Of a stretch of 64,000 nt of DNA, positions 25,949 through 39,748 are shown in pieces; the stretch's first letter is position 1, and every line of letters starts with the position of its first letter. Below the pieces are notes generated by a model. That model was not told the origin of the DNA, searched no databases, and saw nothing but the letters and a program-made list of their open reading frames with translations. The stretch comes from Toensbergia leucococca (Eukaryota). Both the position numbers and the translations under genes were made by a program. Where the stretch lies: the NCBI GenBank assembly GCA_022813965.1, contig JALDZS010000037.1, positions 1 through 64,000 on the forward strand, read 5' to 3'.

Positions 25949-26923
25949 ATGAAACCCTCTAAGTCGAAGCATGCTCTCTCGTCGGATCCATCTGCTAATT
26001 ACCCGGAGGAGCCAAATACTTACAATGAATGGAAGACAGCACTTCAACAAGTCAAGGTTCTGTATCTCAAGCGCCAATGGAAGCAATGTGTAGTACGCTG
26101 CAATACTTTACTCGCAAATGCTAGGACACCCGTAAGAAATCCACCCAATCTATAGGAGAACGTAACTAAGCTTCGCATCAAGCCTCATCCAATGCATGCC
26201 ACCTATCTGCATTTCTATTCAGCAACCTCCAACGAAGCTATTGCTCGCTCCATCCACATCCTGTCGATTTCCAGGCTTCAGACCCTTGACTCGGCGAAGA
26301 AGTCCTACGGAGCGGCTGCTTCCTCTCTCCCGACCGTAGAGGTAGCGCCCAATACCCAGCAAGACAAATTCGAACCACCGGTTCACTCCTTTTCAACCTC
26401 ATCCTCTCCTCCATCGACTCCAACGCGAGCCACCCATAATCCTACTTCATCTTCTTCTCCCCCTACTCCTTCGTCAATTGACTCCACCAATGCTTCCGCC
26501 ACCTCCCAAAATGACATTTTCAACCCTCCATCTCCTCTCCATCCCATCTACCACCAAATGACCTCTGAATCCCCCGTCACCCCACCCCCGACCGCCCGTC
26601 CTAGCTCTTTAGCCTTCACCCCCTCAACCATATCCTGGCTCCACGACCGCTCCCTCTCCCGCTACAACGCCCATCTATCTTCATTCGCCCAAATGTTGAC
26701 CACCCACATCCACACCATCAACGCTCTAATCGCCTCCACCGAGCAAGCCCAAGCTAATCGCTACACTGCCAAGAGAATCGCTAGCGCGGGTGACGACGAG
26801 GAAACGAGGGCTGCGGATAAGAGAGCACGGATTGAGAGAATGAGGAAGGAGGGCTGGGTGAGGGAGAGGTTTTGCCCTGATAAATATAGAGATTTGTGTC
26901 AAAGGGCTCTGGCGGAATTGTGA
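25949..26923 (+). CDS. Hypothetical fungal protein with a Ser/Pro-rich middle; intron about 26132-26182; start uncertain
   Basis: YLKRQWKQCVVRC exon, then GTAAGA...CTAAG...AAG, then HPMHATYLHFYSA...RIERMRKEGWVRERFCPDKYRDLCQRALAEL*. Confidence 0.7.
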
Positions 26924-28399
26924 GAAGCAGACGGGTAGCAGAGGAATTTGGAGGTACCTTGTTGCGATGCTGATGATTATTACGACTTACGAGGTCTGCT
27001 CTATCGCAGGGCAACATAGTAAAGGGAGGGAGAAGGCGAAGGCGAGGACCGAAAGACTGGTACGTGAGAAAGAAGTTCTTGCGAGGTATTGAGATTTGTG
27101 CCAAAGGCCCGTCGGCAAAGTCGTAAAGAGGAAAACCTTTTGAACAAAGGGGCAGCTGGATTACTATACTTGCTGGTGATCTCATGATCTGAAATGGGGT
27201 AGTGAACTCGGTAACTTGCACCATCAAAATGAAATCGAGAGCTGATCTTAGTTTGGTTTTTGCAAACATTGCGAATGTAACAAGTTCTCGTTACCCGTTC
27301 TCAAACACAGGGGGGCAGATGTGCGCCCCGTTCTTTGCTAGCTAGCGGCTTTTTGAGCGGTTGTTTGCCCGAATCGTGGGATCCGAATCTTTTCTGGCTA
27401 CCATGTGAGATCTGACAGAGGAAGCGGATTTGCGGGTCTTGATTCGGGTTGTGATGGGTGACTGTATGGGTTCTGCCCGAGTTTTACTTTTGCAACCGTA
27501 TCGTGCTGGCCCGCTATGGGATATCTCGGCCTTTTCGATAGCGCTCCGAGCGTCGTGGAACTGAATATTCACATTCTTGAGCATAAGTATCCTCGTTCCC
27601 CTGCAGCCCTTGAACCATCCCTTCCCCTTCCCCTTTTCCCTCCCCACTCCCGCCCTTCTGCTTCAGGAAACAACTAGGGATAGAGTCGAGAAGGGGAGCA
27701 AGAAAGGGAAAGCAAAGGAAAAGCAACATCTCCACTCCCCCTCCACCAGGACACAAAAAACCCCCAATCCCCGCTCTCAAACAATCCCAGTCTCTCAATC
27801 TCTCAGAACCAAAAAAACCCCACTTTAATCCCAAAACCCCCATCTTTCTCCAAAAAAAAAAAAAAAAAAAAACAGAAAAGCATCACCCCAAAATCCAATA
27901 TTTTCAAAGATGTGATATTTTCCCACCGACCCCCTTTTCGGACCTGAACTCACCCCGCTTCTTCAAGCTAAGGTATTTGAACCCTCCCCACTTCCAGCAA
28001 TCAAAGTGAAAGAAATGAGATATATACCCGCCACTCAATCCCTTCAGTATCACCCATCACCCATCACCCATAACCCATGACCCATAACCCATCCAACCCC
28101 CCCCTTCCCTGCACCAAACCCCCTCACACCCCCCTCCCAAAAAAAAAAGAAATCCATCCCAACCCCAACCCCTCAACTGCAACCCCCTTGAAAGCACCAA
28201 AACTCCAAATCCCCCCCTCCAAAAAAAGGGATAGGAGGAAAAATAGGGTAGTTGGAAGGGAAATATGGGATCTGAGAAGTGTGGAGGGTTATGAGTAAAG
28301 AAAGGTATCATGAGGGTGCCACGTTCGGAAGGAGGGCAGAGAGGTGAGGGGGGGGTTGGGGGAGTGAAGAACTTGAAGAAGATCAGATGAAGAGAAAGA

Positions 28400-28478
28400 G
28401 AAGAAGAAGAAGAAGAAGAAGAAGAAGAAGAAGAAGAAGAAGAAGAAGAAGAAGAAGAAGAAGAAGAAGAAGAAGAAG

Positions 28479-28507
<29 letters not shown>
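28400..28507 (+). repeat. (GAA)36 microsatellite
   Basis: 108 nt of uninterrupted GAA. Confidence 0.97.
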
Positions 28508-28511
<4 letters not shown>

Positions 28512-28924
28512 CAGCGCCAGGAGGGTGAACAGAAATCATTCCCGCTTTTCAGCCCTTATTCCTCAGTCAAAAACTAGCAACGATTTCCATCACCCCCTGA
28601 TGCAGTGAAAAAATAATGCCTGGTTTGAATTTTTTCTTCCGTCTCAATACCGCCTAGTTGAGTTATGAGTACAGAAGACATATTGGGACTCGGAAGTGTG
28701 CTGAATCATTTCTACTAATCCCCTTTCATCAATTAGTATACAATCAAGCTTCAGAAGAAGCGGGAGGCGGGAAATAAACATCAGAAAGCAAGAGAAACTA
28801 AGTGCTGGGAAGATTGGTCGAGGGCTCGGGGTCTAGTAGCTAGATCTCCACCATCTCGGGCATTTTTGTGGCCCCCCCATATTTCAAACACCCTGCAATG
28901 CTAAAAATCAAAATTGCACCCCAC

Positions 28925-30869
28925 TCACAACCCCTGATCTCCCGTCCTCACCTCCGCACCCACATCCGCAACACTCAACCCACCTATCCCCATCCCCTCT
29001 TCCTCCCCCTCCCCCTCCGCTTTCTTCCTCAGCCTTTCCTGCACCTCCGCAACCAAATCCTTCAAAAGCACCAACACGCCGTCCTTTTCCGGGTGTCCGT
29101 CCGGCAACCCCAGCTCCTTAATCTTGACCTTTCCGAGCGCTTGCTCTTCTTCGCCGAGGATGACGGCAAAGGGAACGCCGAGGGTGTCGGCGGCCTTGAA
29201 CTGTGCGAGGACTTTGGGCTTGGCTTTGTAGGCGAATTCCGTCTTTTTGTTCGAGGTATTGTTAGCGTGATTTTTTGTTGGAGAAAGAGGAGAGAGAGTA
29301 TGTGTGTGTATGTGCAGAAAGGCTTCGAGTAAAGCAACGAACCTTGATGCCCGCATCCCACAACGCTCTGCAGACTTCCATTCTCTCCTTCAGCAAACCC
29401 GCGGAGCCTTTGCCCCCAAATGCCATAACATACACATCCACCTCATTACTTCTCACCCCAGCCGCCCCCTTCTCCGCTTCCATCCTTGCCTTTGTAATCG
29501 AGAAAATTCGATCCACGCCAAACGAGATACCCACGCAAGGGATCTGTGCCTTACCCGAAAACATACCCACCAACTCGTCATAGCGCCCTCCAGCAGCTAC
29601 ACTACCCACCCCAACCGACGGATCATTCGAACGATCTTCGTCGAATTCGTTTGCTTTTTCCCGCTTTGCTGTCCTCTGGACTTTTTGGCCGGTCGTGGAC
29701 GAGGGGGTTGAGCCTTCGGTGACGACTTCGAAGATGACGCCTGTGTAGTAGTCTAGGCCCCGGGCGAGACTGAGATTGAATTCAATTTTGTCTAGAACGC
29801 CAAAGGCGTCGAGGTAAGTGAAGAGGAGGTCCATGTCTTCTATGCCTTTCGTCATTGACTTGTTTGCTTTCAAATCCTCGTCGTTCTGTAGGGCATCTAG
29901 TACATCTCTTGCGCCCCTTCTCTGCACGAAGCTCCATATCCGATCTGCAATTTCCCCTGACAATCCTTTTTCCTCGGTCATTTCTTTCCTCACCTCCTCC
30001 CAAGGCGACTTATCTAATTTATCAACAGCACTACTTATCGTCCGCAGCTTCTCTTTCGGCACCCCACATACTTCGAATATCCCATCCAGAATCCCCCTGT
30101 GATTGATCTTGATCGTATATCTCCCATCCCACCCTAAGCCCTGAAAGACCTCGCAAACTATGCGCAAAATCTCGGCATCAGGTAGCATAGCATCATAATT
30201 GCCAGCAATGTCGAAATCACACTGGTAGAATTCCCGCATGCGCCCCTTTGTCATAGCCGGCTGGTCACGTCGATATACTTTTGCAATGTGGTAGCGCTTG
30301 ATGTTCTGAATGGAGGAATTTGAAGCAAGCCAGCGGGCAAAAGGAACAGTGAGATCGTAGCGGAGAGAGCAGAGTTCGCCACCTTGGTCGGCAAGATCGT
30401 ATATGAGTTTGCTGTCTTCGCCATATTTGCCGGAGAGGATCTCTTTGAGTTCAAAAACGGGGCTAAGGGAAAGGTGTTGGTATGGGGTGTTCAATATAGG
30501 AATGGAAGAGAACTGGTCGAGGCGTCTTACGTATCTATTGTTACTGCGCCGTGACGTTTGAAGACGGTGGTTATGGTAGAGAATATGCGGTCGCGGATGA
30601 CCATGTCCTTACCGTCCCCTATGTCAAATTAGTCAAATTATCCCCACGATTGTTTGATGCATGGCAATCGCACAGTCCTTGGTCCCCTTGGGAGTCTTCA
30701 GCAAGTACTGGACTTTGTCTTTCCCCATATTTGCGTCTTTGAGATGTTGAGAAGCTTGAGTCAGGAAAGAGGAACAGAGGCAGTTCCTAAAGGGCTTAAA
30801 AACAGTAGGTCTACACGAGGAAGAAGAGAAAGGCGCGAGCTTTATTACAAATCTGTATTGGTGCTGCAT
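28925..30869 (-). CDS. HTS1: Histidyl-tRNA synthetase; two in-frame ATGs (30869 and 30728); multi-exon
   Basis: [52 protein letters not shown] and a C-terminal anticodon-binding domain. Confidence 0.96.
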
Positions 30870-31060
30870 GCATGAAGCGTTCAATTAGGAGTTTCGGAGT
30901 GGAGTCACGGAGCATTATCAATATTGTTTCTGAGGTGGATAAAATTGTAGCTCTTGAGTCACGCACTTGACGTAATCGTGCATCTGCCAAGAGTTCTAGG
31001 GCTGAGCTTCCATCTCTCGCTCCGCCTTTGACACCACCATTCAGAGCTCTACCTTCAATC

Positions 31061-33407
31061 ATGGCTCCTCACCCAGGCATCGACACGGATCAGATCAAAG
31101 AAAAAGCACGCAAGGATCTACTAGACCTACTTGAAGGCGTATGTAAGGCTTAACATCATACAATCTACCTTTACATGCCTTGACTGACTATTTTCAGGTC
31201 CGTGGAAAGAAGAACCTGGTCATTGAAAAAGCTCTTGCAGGTCCAATTGGTGTTTTCATCAAGTTCTCAACGCTCCAAGAGTATGGCGTTGATAAAGTCT
31301 TTTTCATTGAGAATGACAATGTCGATGCCTCTCAAAGAAATGTCGTCTTCCTAGCTCGTGGGGAGAAGGCGACCCAGCCGCAGGCTATTGCTGGTATGTA
31401 CGTGACGTCGAATCTCAGACCTGTTACCTGTTCTCGCCCTCATTTTGTCTTTCGTCTCCCCGTTCTTCTGTCAATATCTATCAAACTTCTGTTCGCACTC
31501 CCTTGCGTGGGATCATAAAGTAGATTAAGTAGACGCATCCCTACTCTGCTTAATCAGTCTTGATCCCAATATGAATCATCTATTCAAATTCCAGCTCGAT
31601 CTATAGCGTATCCCTCAATACATCTCTGGTCCAACGCCATCATTACGTGCTGACATGTCTTCTTTGATAAGAACAGATTCAGCGACTACAGAAAAGCAGC
31701 AGTGTTGATCATGATTTCTCCGTCTTCTGGGTTCCAAGGCGTACGCTCATCTGCAATAAAATTCTCGAAGAGGCCGGTGTTCTGGGTGATATAGTCGTTG
31801 AAGAGTTTCCACTCTATTTTGTCCCCTTGGAACAAGATGTGCTGTCCTTGGCACTCGATGACTCTTTGGGTGATCTCTATTTGGTCCGTATTCTCCTTGC
31901 ATTTTCAATATTTCAATAATGTACTTACGAACTCCAGCGGAAAGATCCTACTTGCATCTTTCTGGCCGCTCAAGCACTTATGCCTCTCCAAGAGAAGTAC
32001 GGCTTGTTTCCAAGGATCATTGGAAAAGGCGATAATGCTCGTCGTCTCATGGAGCTGCTATTTCGCATGCGCTCCGAAGCGTCTGCTGGGGAACGTTCCA
32101 GTATGAGCCCGTCAAGTATTGGAATGATGCCTAGCGCGACTATTGAGAGCCTAATAATTATTGATCGGGAGGTTGACTTTGCAACTGTACTACTCACCCA
32201 GCTCACCTACGAAGGCTTGATCGAGGAACTATTCGGCATCAAGCACAACCAAGCCGAAATGGATTCTTCTATCGTCGGCCCAGCCCCAGGACCACAACAA
32301 GCCCCCGCTGCACCACCACAACAAGGCTTGAAACGGAGAATCCAGCTCGACTCCTCCGACAAACTCTACACCCAAATCCGAGACACCAACTTCGCCATCG
32401 TCGGCACTCTCCTCAACAAGATCGCCCGCCGCCTCGAAAGCGACTACGAAAGCCGTCACGTCGCAAAAAGTACGTCGGAACTCCGCGAATTCGTCAACAA
32501 ACTCCCCGGCTACCAAGCTGAGCAGCAAAGCCTGAAGATACATACCGGCCTAGCCGAAGAAATCATGAAGCACACCCAATCTGACACCTTCAGCCGCATC
32601 CTCGAAGTGCAGCAAAACCTCGCCGCCGGCTCAGACCCCTCCTCCCAACACGACACTATCGAAGAGCTCATCGCCCGCGCCATTCCTCTCCCCATCATCC
32701 TCCGCCTTCTCTGTCTCGAATCCTGCATCTCAGGCGGCCTGCGGCCCAAAGACCTCGACACCTTCAAACGCCTCATCCTGCACGCCTACGGCTACCAACA
32801 TCTCCTCACCTTCGACGCCCTCGAAAAGATGTCTCTCCTCCAAGCCCGCACCTCCGCCAACCCCTTTCTCCTCCCTGGTACCAATGCCGCCACCGACACC
32901 ACCCAGAAAACAAACTATTCGTACCTTCGAAAAGCCCTGCGGCTCATCGTTGACGAAGTCAACGAACACGACCCCGACGACATCGCCTACGTCTACAGCG
33001 GTTACGCACCCCTCTCAGTCCGCCTCGTCCAATGCATCCTCCAAAAACACGCCCTCCTATCCGCCACCAAAGGCGCCGCTGCTTCCAACGCTATCAGCGG
33101 CGCCGCGCAGGGATGGCAGGGCTTTGAGGACGTGCTAAAGAGTGTGAGGGGGGAGACGTTCAATCGGATGCAGAAGGGGGAGGAGCAGGCGGTCAAGGCG
33201 AGGCATATCCTTGCGGGGACGGGCGGAAAGAAGACGGTAGTTGTGATGTTTTTGGGGGGGATCACGTTCACGGAGATTGCGGCGTTGAGGTTTGTGGCGA
33301 GGCAGGAGGAGGGGAAGAGGAGGGTGCTGATTTGTACGACTGGGATCGTCGGCGGAAACGGGATGATGGAGGTAGCGGTTGAGAAGGGGGATTTTGGCAA
33401 AAAGTAG
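31061..33407 (+). CDS. VPS33: Sec1/Munc18-family vacuolar sorting protein Vps33; multi-exon
   Basis: KARKDLLDLLEG/VRGKK, WVPRRTL, IIDREVD, LTQLTYEGLI, DIAYVYSGYAPLSVRLVQ and FLGGITFTEIAALR. Confidence 0.94.
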
Positions 33408-33699
33408 GCTGTCTGTAGGAGTGCGCACGATGATTTTGAGAACTTGATTTGTAGTGGTTTATGTTGCTCCATGCTCGGTCCCTTCTGGGACTTGAGTCGA
33501 CACATGGCCGTATCCACAGTCAACCCCATGCCTGATCGAGGAACTTTTCTATGAAGGATGTCCTGAGGCGAATTATCGAAAGAGCGTCCCCCGACCCAGA
33601 TCCATCTTTCCGCCAAAAACTCCATGCTAAAAACCAAACTTCCATTCCGATCTCAGTCTCTCTCATCCATCCCATTCCCACACTCCGCCCCGCGTCTCC

Positions 33700-34401
33700 T
33701 CAAACATCGTCATCATGATAATCAAACCGAATATCCCTCGGTCTCTGCGTGTTCCTCCTACAGAAATCCTCGTCCCCTTGGGGTCTCTCGTTCTTATCGT
33801 TGCCCGTCAGCATGCTCTGGATGCTCATGCATACACTCTCGACGTTCTGCACGGGGCTCCAGCCCTGGGTGCCGAGCAAGTCGAGGCAGATGATGCCGTT
33901 GGTGTAAATGTGGGGGTGCATCGGGACGACGCGCGGGGGGTGGGTTGAGGTCATGAAGGTTACTTCGGGGGATTCTAGTGGGGGAAGGTTAGTCGGGGGA
34001 ACTGTTTTTTTGGGGGGGGGGGGGGAATTGTTTGGGTGAAGGGAAAGGTTACCGATTGGGTAATTGTTGCTGAAGCGAAAGCGGAGGCGGAAGGTCTGAT
34101 TTAGGTAGAGGGGGTTGGGGTCTAGGACGCGGATGTCCATGCGCCATTCTTTGAAGTCGTCGGCCGAGACGAGGTCGATGCCTGGGGGCAGGGGGAACTG
34201 ATTGATCTGGAGGGAAACGAGGAGGGAGATTAGTTCTGCACTAGTGAGGTGAGGTGGATGGGGGTCTGGGTACTTTTCCGAGCTCCTGGCGGAAGGTTAG
34301 CTTGGGGTCTTGTTTGTCAGATTGAGGGATAGAGTGGAGGGAGATGATTGAAATGGGGAGAAGAGGATGTTTACTTTGCCCAGGCGCTTTGCTGAAAACA
34401 T
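33700..34401 (-). CDS. Ubiquitin-conjugating enzyme E2, UBE2W-like; 4 exons, including a 12-nt microexon
   Basis: Spliced MFSAKRLGK/ELGK/INQFPLPPG...YPIE/SPEV...HPHIYTNGIICLDLL...WSP. HPH in place of HPN is typical of UBE2W. Confidence 0.85.
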
Positions 34402-35149
34402 GATGGCTTGCGAAAGAGAGATAAGTTGGGTCGGTGTTTGGTGTAGGAGGGTTGTGCTTCTTCGCTGCGGAATAGTACTGGCGGTTGTGAGGTGCTCAAG
34501 GCTAAGTAAAGCGGATGTAGGAGGCTTAGCAGAGGTTCAGAAGGTATGTGAATTATTTGGAAAAATGATACTGGAGATTGTGTGAAGGTGAGAGAGAGTT
34601 TGAATTATGGTATTCAAGGAGAGTATGGGTACTTTGTACGGTGCTGGTTTGATGCGAAATTGAGGAATCGTCATGTGACGTAGGGATCTAGAATACGTGG
34701 GGTCAAGGAAGAGCGTTACCGCCTCCGAGCCTGATTGCTTTCCTCCTGAAGCAACTGAATCATGCTCTTACAGTCATTTTTGGTCAAAGTAGTCGCCATC
34801 TTGCAATTCAGGTTAATGTTCAAAATTTGTCCCTTTAGGTGACCGTCATCGAATCGCTACAGCCTTGCTCAGAAGAAAAGCTGAAGTACAGTAGAACTAT
34901 CCTCCAAGAAGCTGTATTGAATAGGCTGTGAACTTAGGTTAGCAGATCTGATTATGAGCTCCCCTTTCCATAAGATACCTCGACGTGAAAACATCAAAAT
35001 TTACATTAGTATTAAATCATTGGCCGTTTCCAGATATGAAATTGGACGAATATGCTCTAGGAACCGCCGAACTTTTGACAACTAATTCCTCACACAGGGG
35101 AAATCAACAAATCCTCGTCCTCATTCTGTTTTGCTGAAATCATGTCTTT

Positions 35150-35493
35150 TTACAAACCCTTACTCAATCCAGCACCAATCTCTTCGCCAATGCCCCCTTT
35201 TCCCACTAAGCCTCCAACTCCGTCTCCAATCCCGCCTTGCAATTCATTAAAGTCCTTGTCATCGGTGACTTTCTGGCCGGTGATGGTACCTGAGGAAAAT
35301 GAGATGTGGTGATTCACACCTGGGTTGCAAACATACTCTTTATGCCGTACGAAGCTTTGTTCTCACCCATCATATCCAAAGCCTTCGCTTGAGCTTTCGA
35401 TTGATAGGCATCAAGATAGCCTCCGACCCATGCAGCAACGATGGCGATGGTGATGAAGGCAAAACCGATGGAGATTATTAACTCATTTCCCAT
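35150..35493 (-). CDS. Small (98 aa) single-pass membrane protein with a Gly-rich C-terminus; intron 35290-35336
   Basis: Hydrophobic N-terminus (IISIGFAFITIAIVAAWVGG). Removing GTATGT...CAG gives a 297-nt ORF ending GGIGDGVGGLVGKGGIGEEIGAGLSKGL*. Confidence 0.75.
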
Positions 35494-36087
35494 GATTGTG
35501 GATGAGACAGTCAGGGTTGGCTTTGACAGATATGATATGTTCCTTTCGAAATGTGAGAATGCAGGATGGTGATGGTGGGCAAATGCGTCTGACGGATGCA
35601 ATTACTGTCTTGAAGAAGAGGCACTGAGCCTCAATCCTCGAATCTAGATCCCTGTCGACCAAATGGCGGGGTTTTTTTAGCTTCCCAAGGCTGAACACCA
35701 AATCAGTCTTCCATGCATTTTAATCACGCTCTGGCGTGGATATTGATATTGGATCACATCCAGTCCTGATAGCTCTTAGGTAGAAGCACTCATAGAAACA
35801 TTATGGTCTGCCTCAGCTGACCTACTACTAGCATCCTATGTACCCCGATAAAGCCAAGTGAACAATCCAAAGGCCTCATGGCCTCATCCAACATTTAATC
35901 AACATTGCTTCTCTACGCCCTGTTCGTTGGTGCCTATTGATTAGGCTATTACAGTCCTGCAACATATTCTTACTCGCAGTCACAATTCGTCCGCTTTCCA
36001 CAGCTCCTTCTTTTGGAAATTCAACTTCTGAAAGGGTACCAATCACCGAGAAAGGCAGGCGCCGACCCCAGCTCGAATCTCGCCAGC

Positions 36088-37782
<1,695 letters not shown>

Positions 37783-38226
37783 GTATCATTCACAGCCGGT
37801 TCGTCCCTTAGTAATAATGCGGTCAATGGCGCCTTTGACGCCTCGTTTAGTTGCCTTCCTGTGTCTTCTTCCAACAGCTCTGGAAAGTCTGTATTTGCAC
37901 AATAACGAGGTGCACAAGGGCGTGTGTCATAGAGGATGATACCCACGAGGTTTATTTTTTCCCTAGGAATACTGGAGATTGAATTGGTTGGTCTGACATC
38001 GGGTCAGATCATTTGTGGAGTTATTCCATACAGCAAGTAAAGCTTAAGCAATGAAATACATTAACACGGTCTAAATTGTATCGTGATCATGGTCGCAAAA
38101 TGTAATCGTCGAATTTATGTGGAAGAGACCTCCTGATGACATGGTCTTCAGGGCTAGATTAAATGCCAACCGAGAGCCCCATGTGTGATTGCTAATCTCA
38201 ATTGAAAATGCTTCGAACAAAGTTGC

Positions 38227-39748
38227 ATGATGCGTATTCAGCATCCCCCACTCTCTCTCAAGCCATACGTCTGCACTTCCTGTGCCAGATCTATCAAGCT
38301 ACGGTCTAGGCGATATGCCACTGCGGTCCAGTCAACACCAGAAACTTACGACGTAGTCTGTGTAGGCGGAGGACCGGTTGGTCTAAGCCTTCTCACAGCA
38401 CTACGTAAACCTCCCCAATTATCCTTTCCGAATCTCAAATCTAATCCAGCTACATACAGGCTCCTCTAAACAAACCTCTCATCTCAAACTTGCCCTCGTC
38501 GAATCCCAAGATCTCGCCCCAGCACGAACATGGCAGCTCCCCCCATCCCGCTACTCCAATCGCGCCAGCTCCCTCACTCCCTCCTCTCAGTCCTTTCTCT
38601 CCCAAATTGGCGCCTGGCAACATCTCGATCCTACTCGCATCCAGCCATATCAACACATGCACGTCTGGGATGCTCTCGCCCCCTCAAGCATCTCCTTCGC
38701 ACACCCTTCCCCCTCCACAAGGCCAATCGCCTGCATGACCGAGAACCCAAACCTTGTTCGCGCTCTCCTCACTCGTCTCACTGAATTGGAGCCCATATCC
38801 ATCTTTGATAAAACAACTCTCTCCTCTATCCATCTTGGCCCCAAAACTCTACCCCCTTCATCCAACCTCAATCTCTCGTCCTGGCCGCACCTCACCCTCT
38901 CCTCCGGCCGTCTTCTCACTGCGCGCCTTCTCGTCGGCGCAGACGGCTTTAACAGCCCTGTCCGCTCTTACGCGGGGATCCCCTCCCGTGGATGGGACTA
39001 CAACCGGCACGGTATTGTCGCGACCGTCAAGCTTGCTGGAGTTAACAATAGCAACAGCAATGAGAAAGTCGCGTATCAGCGCTTTCTTCCCTCTGGTCCT
39101 ATAGCGTTATTGGCCTTGCCAGAGGACTACGCAACACTAGTATGGACTACAACGCCAGAACAAGCATCAAATTTGAAAGCGATGCCATCTGCAGACTTCG
39201 TAGCTATGGTCAATGCGGGCTTCAGACTCAACGCTGTGGATGTAAATTTCATGCTTGGGATGGAAAAGGGCCAGATAGAGGAACTAGACTGGCGGGAGAG
39301 CGTCACAAAACCTGAAGCAGGCACTCCCTTACCGAGAAAAGTCCTCAACGTTCAAGACCATAGCGTTGCCAGCTTCCCCCTCCGCATGCGCCATGCAGAC
39401 TCCTACACCGCCGACCGCGTCGCCCTTGTCGGCGACGCGGCCCACACTATCCACCCCCTCGCCGGCCAAGGGCTGAACCTTGGCATCGGCGATTCGAGGG
39501 CTTTGGCTAACGCGATTGCTTTCGCGGCGGGGGTTGGGGGGGATGTGGGTAAGGTGGGGGGATGCTTGGAGAGGTATGCTGGGGAGAGATATGCGGGGAA
39601 TGGGAGGGTGATGGGGGTGGTCGATAAGCTGAGCTGGCTTTATGGGAAAAGAGGGGGAGCGATTGTCGAGGCGAGGGCATTGGGTTTGAGGGGAATGAAT
39701 GCTCTGGAAGGGGTCAAGGGGTGGATTATGAGGATGGCGGGGGGGTAG
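38227..39748 (+). CDS. COQ6: Ubiquinone biosynthesis FAD monooxygenase Coq6; one intron
   Basis: Mitochondrial presequence, GGGPVG, LLVGADG, AYQRFLPSGPIA and GDAAHTIHPLAGQGLNLG. Confidence 0.93.

Noticed and set aside
28057..28608. Poly-Ser and poly-Arg ORFs
   Set aside because: Artefacts of translating the (GAA)36 microsatellite and skewed flanks.
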